Of a stretch of DNA of 64,000 nt, positions 50,903 to 58,701 are shown piece after piece. The position numbers and the translations under genes were made by a program. The notes beneath the pieces were generated by a model, which worked only from the letters and a program-made list of their open reading frames with translations, had not been told where the DNA came from and searched no databases. The stretch spans positions 384,001-448,000 of the forward strand of contig JBEKOM010000001.1 in assembly GCA_049521795.1 (NCBI GenBank). Direction: 5' to 3'. The first letter of the stretch is position 1, and the number at the start of each line of letters is the position of its first letter. The DNA is from Candidatus Bathyarchaeia archaeon (GTDB taxonomy: Archaea > Thermoproteota > Bathyarchaeia > Bathyarchaeales > Bathycorpusculaceae).

Positions 50903-51382
50903 ACGACTCCCTCTGTAGCATTCTATGTAAAGCTTGCATTATAACTATTGCGGACACTATGTTATGTGCAATATCCCAGTCCAAATGTTGTAGAAGAAAA
51001 CGCAATTGTACACCTGTTGTCTCAGGTTGACGGAGACCCATCTCGACTTGTGCTTTTGTCACAATTGCGCTCAATTTTATAAGTGGTTAGAGAGGTACCC
51101 TCAGACTTTTGAACAAGTGAATAAGCAGACAGATACAGGCAGTCAATGGGCACGCGAGCTCCGAAAGGCCACAGCGAAGAAACGTGGCCGCCAAGGCCGT
51201 TTTTCGAGGTATTTTCTTCCTCTTTTTCAACGGTGAAAAACCAACCGCGGGCAGGTGCGAGGGGAAGTTCTGTGTTATAAGTCTGGTGTTTACTTGGCGC
51301 GCGCGATAAAACTTTACCGTTTGGGTTTGGGGCAAGACTTTAATTCAAACTGATTCAAACTACAAAGTGGAGCCACGGGTCT

Positions 51383-52153
51383 ATGTGGAAAAAGAAAGAA
51401 GAAAAGAAAGAAGAGAAAGAGGAAGATTTGTTGAAGAAGCTATGTGGGAACGACACGAAATTGTATGATCTTCTTAGTCAGAGCTTGTATCTAGATCCTA
51501 AGGAGGCCATATCCAAACCGGATCTCAAGATCCTCGTCGAGGAGGCAGAGAAAAGTGCCGGGGATGAAGATTATCGAGGAGCAATGGAGAAATATAGAAC
51601 GGCATTGGATAAGGCCATTTTTGAGGCCACTCAAAATCCAGGGGAAATGGGTAGATACATTAAGGTCAGTCAAGACCTCGCGTCGAAGACCGCAAAAGTG
51701 ATAGAGAAAGCAAAAGAGAAGGCAAGGAAGGAAGGATTTGCGTCCCCTTCTCTTGAAGGAAGAATCAAATATTATGAATCTATGAGCGAAAGAATTGAAG
51801 ATGTCATAAGAATAGCTTCTCTCTTTTACAACGAGAGATTAGAAGAGTTGGGAGCAAGTGCTCGCGCGCTAGAACGAGAAACAAGAAAAGGAGAGAGAAG
51901 AGGCGCTGAGAGAAAAGAGGAAAAAGATGAGATGGAAGCAAAGGAGAGGCGAGAAGCAAGAAGAAAAGGAATGGGAAGAGGAGAGAGAAAAGAAGCTGAG
52001 AGAGAAGATGAGGAAATAGAGAAGAAAGATGAGGAGAGAGGGAAGGCAAGAAGAAAAGAAGGAATAGAAGCTGAGAGAGAAGAGGATAGGGCAGAGGAGA
52101 GAGAAAAGGAGAGACGAGAGGCGAAAAGAAAAGAAAGGGAGAAACAAGAATAA
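51383..52153 (+). CDS. Hypothetical helical protein with an E/R/K-rich repetitive C-terminal tail
   Basis: 256-aa ORF; about 90 C-terminal residues almost entirely E/R/K/G/A/D. Confidence 0.75.
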   Translation: MWKKKEEKKEEKEEDLLKKLCGNDTKLYDLLSQSLYLDPKEAISKPDLKILVEEAEKSAGDEDYRGAMEKYRTALDKAIFEATQNPGEMGRYIKVSQDLASKTAKVIEKAKEKARKEGFASPSLEGRIKYYESMSERIEDVIRIASLFYNERLEELGASARALERETRKGERRGAERKEEKDEMEAKERREARRKGMGRGERKEAEREDEEIEKKDEERGKARRKEGIEAEREEDRAEEREKERREAKRKEREKQE

Positions 52154-52192
52154 CTTAGACAAGACGCACACGCTAAGTGGTGTTTGGGTTTA

Positions 52193-52210
52193 GGGATAAC
52201 GTCTTATCCC
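52193..52210. terminator. Perfect 7-bp hairpin between convergent genes (possible terminator or stability element)
   Basis: GGGATAA-cgtc-TTATCCC. Confidence 0.35.
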
Positions 52211-52339
52211 CCGGCTAAATTTCTACAAGTCAGCTGTCTTTTGAAAATTCTTATAATGAAAACTAAACAAGAAAAATGAAAAGAAAAATCGACGTGCACC
52301 TAGTGCACACGACACGTTCGCTAACATACGCGCGCAATA

Positions 52340-53020
52340 CTAGAGAGCCTGGAAGAGCATTTGGTTTCTGTTCTTGTCGGCGTCCTTTATCGTTCCGATC
52401 TTCCTGAGAGAGTAAGTCATTTTTCGAGATTGGTTAATGGGTATTCTGAGATTTTCGGCGAGGTTTCTGTTCGTGAATGGATTGGGGAGGTCTTTGGGTA
52501 AAACTCTGAGGAAATCCATCTTGTTCTCAAACATCACACTTTCAAGAATGCCGATGAGCTTTCTATCTTCTATGCTCGCGCCTTTTCTTCTCCAGCTTCC
52601 TTTTCCATCGTTACACCATATTTCCTCCACCTCAATCATCAGGACCTCGATGCTGAGGTTGCCCCTGGGGAAGAGATCCGATATTCTGATCAATTCACTG
52701 AAAAGATCGTATATGCTGCCTCTCTTTGGGGACATCCTTCTTCCGGTGATTTCTCCGTTGGACGTAGACCTGTGAGCTATCCATTTCTTCTTGGGTATAG
52801 GGTGGGCCAAGCGAACCTTGTGATCCTCGAGCAGACGTCTGAGTTTCGGTTTTATCGCTGAAAAGTTGGCGGTCTGTATTTCGATCAACAGGTCTCCTCG
52901 TACAATGTCCACTATGAAATCGTCCAGTTTGGCTTCTATTCTGTCCCCTGCAAGAAAGTACCATTTCTTTATCGAAGAGTGAAGTGAGCTCTCCCTTCTT
53001 GAGTCAAATGTGTTTTCCAT
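52340..53020 (-). CDS. Putative PD-(D/E)xK-like nuclease with a C-terminal HTH
   Basis: ESSLH..IK.WY, E...DDFIVDI..DLLIEIQT motif; C-terminal FTNRNLAENL...YSLRKIG. Confidence 0.65.
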   Translation of the reverse strand: MENTFDSRRESSLHSSIKKWYFLAGDRIEAKLDDFIVDIVRGDLLIEIQTANFSAIKPKLRRLLEDHKVRLAHPIPKKKWIAHRSTSNGEITGRRMSPKRGSIYDLFSELIRISDLFPRGNLSIEVLMIEVEEIWCNDGKGSWRRKGASIEDRKLIGILESVMFENKMDFLRVLPKDLPNPFTNRNLAENLRIPINQSRKMTYSLRKIGTIKDADKNRNQMLFQAL

Positions 53021-53100
53021 CAAAGTTGACGTCCACAGCATTCTCGGTACTGTATGGGTTGCGACCGCATAAGAATACTGCTAAAAAGAAAGTATATGCT

Positions 53101-53177
53101 CGCGCGCGAGCACACGACGACGAACGACTAACCTCTTTTCAATCTCTTTGCTACGATATGCCTGCTCAACCACTATC
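53101..53177 (+). repeat. Degenerate intergenic repeat, copy R1
   Basis: CGCGCGAG-CACACGACGA..CTAACCTCTTTTCAATCTCTTTG..ACGATAT..TGCTCAACCACT. Confidence 0.7.
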
Positions 53178-53266
53178 GCACTCACTTATTGATCGTAGAA
53201 GGTAACACAGATTCAATTTCCAACGTGCACGCATGCACCACATTTCGCGGTCGCTTTCTCCAGTTT

Positions 53267-54109
53267 CTATTTCTGGCATTTTGGGCAGACAAACACTTTG
53301 CCTCCTCCAAGACTCAGCTCTTCTATAGGAGTGTGGCAAACTGGACAGTTCTGTTTTCTCATGTTCGGGCCCATGGCTGAAACGTAGCGGCCTTGCTTCT
53401 GATGAAGATCCGAGAACTGGTTTTTGCCGTTCAACCGGATTCTCTCGTGAAGCACAAGTTTGACGGCATCGTAAAGTGCTCTTTGCTCATCTGAGTTTAA
53501 CTCTGAGGCCTTTCTTTTCGGATGCAGTTTAGCTCTGTATATGATGTCTTGAAAGGCGCTGTTACTCAACCCAACCACTACAGCATCTTTTCCAACAAGA
53601 ATCGATTTGAGCGCCTTGTTATTGTCCTGCAAAAGCTTGGAGAAATTGTTGAATGTAAACGTCTCATCTATGGGTGACAGTATATCTGGGTTGAAGTCTC
53701 GTTTGTACATGTAAGAGTCCATAAGCTCATCATCCCTAAGCACGTGGATCCCTCCCATGCTGGTGAGCCTCACCGTCAAAGCAGTTCCGTCAGAGAAATC
53801 TATTCTCAGGTGGAATTCCCTTGGAACGGTTGCTCCATGTGAGTGATAAAAAACTTCGCCGCCGTACTCAGGACTAAGAATGAGGTTCAGCTTCGCATCA
53901 AGTTCTATACGAATAGTGTTACCCCTGGAAGTGACAGATTCAATCTTTCTGCCCATAAGTTGGTTAAAAGATTTGATATCTTTGTTCATGAATCCAATCT
54001 TCTGCAATCGTTCGTAGTCTCGTAAATGATGACTATTGATGCGTTTGCCTTCGAGTTCTTTGTTCATTTGTTCTGCTAGAATTTTGGCTTCTGGAAGTTC
54101 AATACTCAT
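53267..54109 (-). CDS. Fpg/Nei-family DNA glycosylase homolog
   Basis: ELPE N-terminal motif, SRGN, H2TH (GLSN...DII.RAKLHP), CPVC..CPKC zinc finger. Confidence 0.88.
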   Translation of the reverse strand: MSIELPEAKILAEQMNKELEGKRINSHHLRDYERLQKIGFMNKDIKSFNQLMGRKIESVTSRGNTIRIELDAKLNLILSPEYGGEVFYHSHGATVPREFHLRIDFSDGTALTVRLTSMGGIHVLRDDELMDSYMYKRDFNPDILSPIDETFTFNNFSKLLQDNNKALKSILVGKDAVVVGLSNSAFQDIIYRAKLHPKRKASELNSDEQRALYDAVKLVLHERIRLNGKNQFSDLHQKQGRYVSAMGPNMRKQNCPVCHTPIEELSLGGGKVFVCPKCQK

Positions 54110-54168
54110 CTTGAGTCTCCATTGTTACTCGTCTTGGCAAACGAGTCCTTAAATGGTTTTGCAAACAT

Positions 54169-54258
54169 CGCGAGCACTGTGGATGCACACGACGAGCCTA
54201 CCTCTTTCCAAACCTCTTAGTTCCCTATGAGCAAAAACCTTATTCATTGTTCTATCTA
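54169..54258 (+). repeat. Degenerate intergenic repeat, copy R2
   Basis: CGCGAG..GCACACGACGAGCCTACCTCTTTCCAAACCTCTTAG..TCATTGTTC. Confidence 0.7.
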
Positions 54259-54283
54259 TTCTTGAGTGGTGATTGCATTGGGT

Positions 54284-54370
54284 ATGGGAAGCGCCAAGAA
54301 TAAACCGATGACTAAGAAAGAACGAGAAGAGAAAAGGAAGAAACACAAGGAAAAACGGTTAAAGAAGTAG
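54284..54370 (+). CDS. 28-aa basic micro-protein MGSAKNKPMTKKEREEKRKKHKEKRLKK
   Basis: GGTGA Shine-Dalgarno-like site upstream; similar to the neighbouring micro-ORF; below the ORF-track length cutoff. Confidence 0.55.
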   Translation: MGSAKNKPMTKKEREEKRKKHKEKRLKK

Positions 54371-54407
54371 TCTCAGTCATCATGCGTTTATTCTTAACGT
54401 GCTCTAT

Positions 54408-54500
54408 CGAGCGCACGACGACTATCTCTTTTCAACTTCTTTGTTCTTTGAATCCTCTCTGAAACGATATCATTGTTCAACCACTTCTATCATTGTTCGA
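54408..54500 (+). repeat. Degenerate intergenic repeat, copy R3
   Basis: CGAGCGCACGACGACTATCTCTTTTCAACTTCTTTG..ACGATATCATTGTTCAACCACT; TATCATTGTTC occurs twice. Confidence 0.75.
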
Positions 54501-54584
54501 TCGATCCATCAGTTTCGATCACGGCAAAGCATGCGCAATTTTAATAGACGTGAGAGCATAGTCTAATCTTAAGGAGGGTGAATT

Positions 54585-54716
54585 GTGCCCAAAGGCAAGA
54601 ATGAGAAAGCTATGGATCATAAACGTCACATGAAATTGCAGAGAGAGAAGGAACTGAAAAGGAAAGAGAAACGGAATGTTGAGCTCCCTGCGGAATATAA
54701 TAAAGGTAAGAAATAG
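54585..54716 (+). CDS. 43-aa basic micro-protein MPKGKNEKAMDHKRHMKLQREKELKRKEKRNVELPAEYNKGKK
   Basis: Strong SD GGAGGGTGA just before GTG; AT-rich TATA-like TTTTAATA at about 54539. Confidence 0.7.
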   Translation: MPKGKNEKAMDHKRHMKLQREKELKRKEKRNVELPAEYNKGKK

Positions 54717-54770
54717 CGCGCGAGATTAGCGCAATAGTCTATCTCTTTTCAGTCTCTTAATTCTCTCAAG
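54716..54770 (+). repeat. Degenerate intergenic repeat, copy R4
   Basis: GCGCGCGAG..GCGCAATAGTCTATCTCTTTTCAGTCTCTTAA. Confidence 0.65.
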
Positions 54771-55032
54771 CCTCTTCATGAGGTAGCCACCTGACACGTC
54801 CCTTGATTAAGTCTGCTATTCTGCAGTGCTTTCGCAAGCTTCCTAGCTTCATTATTGCTTCTTTCAAGGACGCTTCAGAGATTTTTGATGTGCTAGGGAC
54901 ATACTTGGGTATTTTCTTGATGCGTTCTCTGCTCGAGGTCGGTTGAAAACAGTGTCATTAGTGCAGACAAAATTCTCTTATTCGCTGATCTCTTTATATT
55001 GCTAAAAACCCATAAGCATTGAGGTTTGAAAT

Positions 55033-55428
55033 ATGGATCCAACCGTAAAGGCAGGAATTTCCGGCTTTTTGTTGGCAATCGTCATCAACCTCTTTTCGCC
55101 TGTGTTCCTTTATTTTGTTCCCTCTCTTTTGGCTGCAATATTGGCGGTATACTTTTTCAGGCTTGGCACGCTCAAAGACGGACTGGTGGCCGCCTTCATG
55201 GTTTACATCTTTAACGACGGGATTTTGGGCACAGTCAGTCTGGCATCGTTCTATGCGGAGAACAAACCCTACCCATCGTTCAATGTTGACGTTTGGACCA
55301 TGTTCTCCCCATTGGTCTCGGCAGTTACAGCCGTGATTGCGGCGTACGTAGGAGTGTGGCTTACTCAAGTAAGGAAGCCGCCTCCAGGGTTGCCTTCGGC
55401 GCCTTCTCCGCAGTTGCCGCCTGCTTAG
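55033..55428 (+). CDS. Small multi-pass membrane protein with a Pro-rich tail
   Basis: About 4 hydrophobic helices; GAGG SD upstream. Confidence 0.75.
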   Translation: MDPTVKAGISGFLLAIVINLFSPVFLYFVPSLLAAILAVYFFRLGTLKDGLVAAFMVYIFNDGILGTVSLASFYAENKPYPSFNVDVWTMFSPLVSAVTAVIAAYVGVWLTQVRKPPPGLPSAPSPQLPPA

Positions 55429-55477
55429 GCGTGTTCCGCCAAAGACTCTAGAGTGAAGAAAGAAGTATTCTAGAATT

Positions 55478-56122
55478 TTAGTTTTCCGCGAATTCTTCTC
55501 CAGGTTTAAGCAGGATTACTTTGGTTTTGGATTTTGCTTCCACGTCGTTCTTGAATTCGCTGGGATTCGTTTTCCACATGTGCATTGGGATGACGAATTC
55601 TGGTTTGATTGCCAACGCCGCTTCTGCGGCCTCAGGGTTGTCCATGGTATAGGTTCCGCCGCTGGGAAGTAACGCGAGGTAGACGTTTCTGAGGTTTCTC
55701 ATCTCAGGAATTAAGTCTGTGTCTCCTGCATGATAGATGGTTTTGTCCCCTATCGTTATCAGATATCCGACTCCGAAGCCTTTCGGATGGAACGGGTTGC
55801 CTGGAGACCTGAACCTCTTGTAGTTGTAAGCTGCTACGGCTTCCACCGTGATGGCTCCGAAAGAAGCTTTTTCTCCGGGCTTAAGCGATTTCACTTTTCC
55901 TCCTATCTTCGAGACGCAATCGGCCGGGGCAATGACTAAGGTGTCTTCTTTTCGGATCTTCTTTATTTTCGACTTGTCACAATGGTCGTCATGGGAGTGG
56001 GAGACCAGTATCAGGTCCGCTTTCTCCTTGTATTCTCCTTCAAAAGGATCGATGTAAATTGTCTTATCATCGGCCTTTATCTCAAAGCTCGCGTGCCCCA
56101 ACCATTTGACTGAAATACCCAT
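55478..56122 (-). CDS. Metallo-beta-lactamase fold hydrolase (UPF0173-like)
   Basis: WLGHASF, SHSHDDH, YHAGDT, IPMH. Confidence 0.9.
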   Translation of the reverse strand: MGISVKWLGHASFEIKADDKTIYIDPFEGEYKEKADLILVSHSHDDHCDKSKIKKIRKEDTLVIAPADCVSKIGGKVKSLKPGEKASFGAITVEAVAAYNYKRFRSPGNPFHPKGFGVGYLITIGDKTIYHAGDTDLIPEMRNLRNVYLALLPSGGTYTMDNPEAAEAALAIKPEFVIPMHMWKTNPSEFKNDVEAKSKTKVILLKPGEEFAEN

Positions 56123-56197
56123 CTTAAACCAGCCCAGTGGACGGCTATTTTTGTGGAAGTATTACTTAAAGTCTTCAGGCGCTTTAGGTCATCGGGT

Positions 56198-57061
56198 TTA
56201 ATGAGGCGAGGATCTTTCTCTTTGGAGAAGTTCGTTTACCGCATTGCCGAGGGCATCGCATGCGGCTCGTCTGGTTTCGAGAGAGCCGTCGATCTCTAGG
56301 TTCTCGATCTCTTTCTGTAGATCTGTTGTCTGCTCGATGATGGGCTGCTTCCTCTTCTCGTATTCATCTCGGAGCTTCTCTCCTTCGGCACTGAAGTTTT
56401 GCATAGCTAATTCGAGCTCCCTTTGTTCAGAGTTCAGTCTCTGGGTTGTCTCTGCCTCTTTTTGTGCCTTGGCCTTTTCTGAGAAGCGTCTGAAGATGCC
56501 CGTTTTCATTCGAGCTATGTGATCCAGCTCTTCTTTGAAACCATCAATATTGCTTGACAGCCGCTTGTTTTCATTGGCTTTCCGCCCTTCGATCTCTCTC
56601 GTCTTAGCGGTGTATTCTTCTTCTATTCGTTCAAGAAGAATTCTATGTTCCGAGAGGCCTTTGATAATTCTGTCCAGCGTGGCCTCCTCGCGCCGTCTTT
56701 CCTCAAGGCTGGCTTCAACATTTGTTAGTATCTGTGAACGTTCCTTCAAGAACTGTCCATCCACGCTTATGGTGGGACTTGACTCAAACTCGGACATTAC
56801 GTCTCTCAGGTCTACAAGCCACTGGCCGAAGTACTCGCTGAATGGAGAAAGGGCAAATCTCTGGTTTCCCAGGCTGTGTAGCCTGTTCCGAGTTTTGTCC
56901 GATACTTCTTCGAGGGTCGGAACATGATTCTCCTCTGACACGTAGATGCTGCTCGACCAGCGTTTTTCTCGCGTAGCTTTGGCCTTGGCCTTTTTACGTT
57001 GCTGCCCTCCGTGTCCTCGGCCGGAGCTTCCGGGTGACCTATTCCGCGATTGGTATCCCAT
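56198..57061 (-). CDS. Hypothetical coiled-coil protein with a basic disordered N-terminus
   Basis: 287-aa ORF with E/K/R/Q-rich heptads. Confidence 0.7.
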   Translation of the reverse strand: MGYQSRNRSPGSSGRGHGGQQRKKAKAKATREKRWSSSIYVSEENHVPTLEEVSDKTRNRLHSLGNQRFALSPFSEYFGQWLVDLRDVMSEFESSPTISVDGQFLKERSQILTNVEASLEERRREEATLDRIIKGLSEHRILLERIEEEYTAKTREIEGRKANENKRLSSNIDGFKEELDHIARMKTGIFRRFSEKAKAQKEAETTQRLNSEQRELELAMQNFSAEGEKLRDEYEKRKQPIIEQTTDLQKEIENLEIDGSLETRRAACDALGNAVNELLQRERSSPH

Positions 57062-57139
57062 GAAGAGAACCTCTGGTATTTGAGTATTTAAGGCGTTATC
57101 AAGTCTTGGTTTGTGCGACGATTAGCTCGGCTTGGAACG

Positions 57140-57883
57140 TTAGAATAGCACTTGGCAGGGTGTTCCTTCCCTTTCAAAGGCAGCGGCAAGTTCTCTTTTC
57201 TCGGAGGCAAAGAAATCGGCAGTCATTGCGTATTGCAATTTGAATTTTCTGTACACCCAGTCTGCGTAATGATAGTTCATCTTATCGATGAGCACATGGT
57301 CCGTTCTTCTTCTTAGAAGAGCTGGCAGACCTTCTGCTTTCGGCAGCAGCGGTGCTATCATCGCGAAGGTTCTGATGCCTGCTGAACGAAGTTTCATCAG
57401 CGTTTCGATCCTTTCGCTGATCGGCGGCGAGTTGGGTTCAAAGACCTTTCTGACACCGTCGTCTGCTGTGGTAATCGTGACTCCGACTTCTACGTCGTTG
57501 ATTTTCTTGAGCAGGTCTACGTCTCGGTTCACGAGTGAGGATTTTGTCTGAACGGTAACGGGCCAAACGTGTTTCGAGAGAACCATTAGGCACTTCTTCG
57601 TGAGCTCGTATTTCTTCTCCAGAGGTTGGTAAGGGTCGCAGGTTCCACTCATCCAGACTCTGCCCGCTGTCTTCTTTTTCAACTCCGCTTGTAGCAGGCT
57701 AGGTGCATTGATCTTTGCATCCACGAACTCGCCCCACTCTTCCTTGTGACCAGTGTACCTCTTCATAAAACGTGCATAACAGTACGTGCAGCCGTGCTCA
57801 CAACCAATGTAAGGGTTAACGGAATAGTCAAAGACCTTCGATTTTGACAGAATGGTCTTCGCATAGACTTCTTTGACAATCAT
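57140..57883 (-). CDS. Radical SAM protein, spore-photoproduct-lyase-like family
   Basis: NPYIGCEHGCTYCYA, DPYQPLE, TKS..RD, FEP. Confidence 0.88.
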   Translation of the reverse strand: MIVKEVYAKTILSKSKVFDYSVNPYIGCEHGCTYCYARFMKRYTGHKEEWGEFVDAKINAPSLLQAELKKKTAGRVWMSGTCDPYQPLEKKYELTKKCLMVLSKHVWPVTVQTKSSLVNRDVDLLKKINDVEVGVTITTADDGVRKVFEPNSPPISERIETLMKLRSAGIRTFAMIAPLLPKAEGLPALLRRRTDHVLIDKMNYHYADWVYRKFKLQYAMTADFFASEKRELAAAFEREGTPCQVLF

Positions 57884-58083
57884 TTACGGTCAACTACTTC
57901 CAAGAACTGGTTGACGTATGCAAAGAGTTTGGGCGAGGCTCTTGTGGTTCCGGCATGTTTACACTGAAAACAGATATGATGCGGTAGGCTATTAAATGAG
58001 CCCCTTTCATAGTGTGAGCTACGTGCATGGTCGCCGTTGCTTCTATATACCTGAGTTGCTGAAATGAAGTGTCTGTGAGGAAC

Positions 58084-58476
58084 ATGATGTTTGTTCACGC
58101 GAGCATCAGAACGAGCGATATGGACAGGTCAATCGACTTCTACACTAGGCTGCTGGGGCTCAAACTCGTGGGTCGACACGAAATACCGCAGAACAACGCT
58201 GAAATCGCTTTTCTGCAGGACCCGGCTGAAAAAGGAGCAAAGCTTGAACTGACCTTCTATAGGAAACAGAAAAAGTTCATCCAACCCGACTACGAAGACC
58301 GACTGTTCGACCACATCGCCTTCGAAATCAAAGACATGAACCAAACCATATCCGACATGCGAAAGAACAAGGTCACGGTCACCGATGAACCCTTCAAACT
58401 TGGCCCAACGGGCCCGCTGATAGCATTCATAGAGGACCCTGATGGCACACTGATCGAACTCATCGAAAGAAAGTAG
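58084..58476 (+). CDS. VOC / glyoxalase I (lactoylglutathione lyase-like)
   Basis: FVHASIR, SIDFY..LLG, LELT, DHIAF, FIEDPDGTLIEL. Confidence 0.9.
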   Translation: MMFVHASIRTSDMDRSIDFYTRLLGLKLVGRHEIPQNNAEIAFLQDPAEKGAKLELTFYRKQKKFIQPDYEDRLFDHIAFEIKDMNQTISDMRKNKVTVTDEPFKLGPTGPLIAFIEDPDGTLIELIERK

Positions 58477-58701
58477 CTCATCAACGGTCCAGCTAAACCC
58501 TCACTATCCTTGCCCAGACTCTCGGCTGAACCCTCAGTACATGCTCTGCTTCAAACCTGTCCAAATCCACTAGGGCCCTCGACGACGCCTACTTGCAGTA
58601 CTAGTACCCTGGGGGAAGGGGGTGAAATAGAAGGGGAAAAACGCGAAACACTGCATGTTAAACCATCTGTCAAAACGCTTTTTAAGCATAAGTGACCTGT
58701 C

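Noticed and set aside
51804-52171. Leu/Phe/Ser-rich minus-strand ORFs as membrane proteins
   Set aside because: They are the antisense shadow of the purine-rich E/R/K tract.
53101-54770. CRISPR array or classical attC sites
   Set aside because: Repeats are degenerate, spacing is 240-1070 bp, there are no cas or intI genes, and no convincing R''/R' boxes.
58611-58636. G-quadruplex
   Set aside because: Only three closely spaced G-runs.
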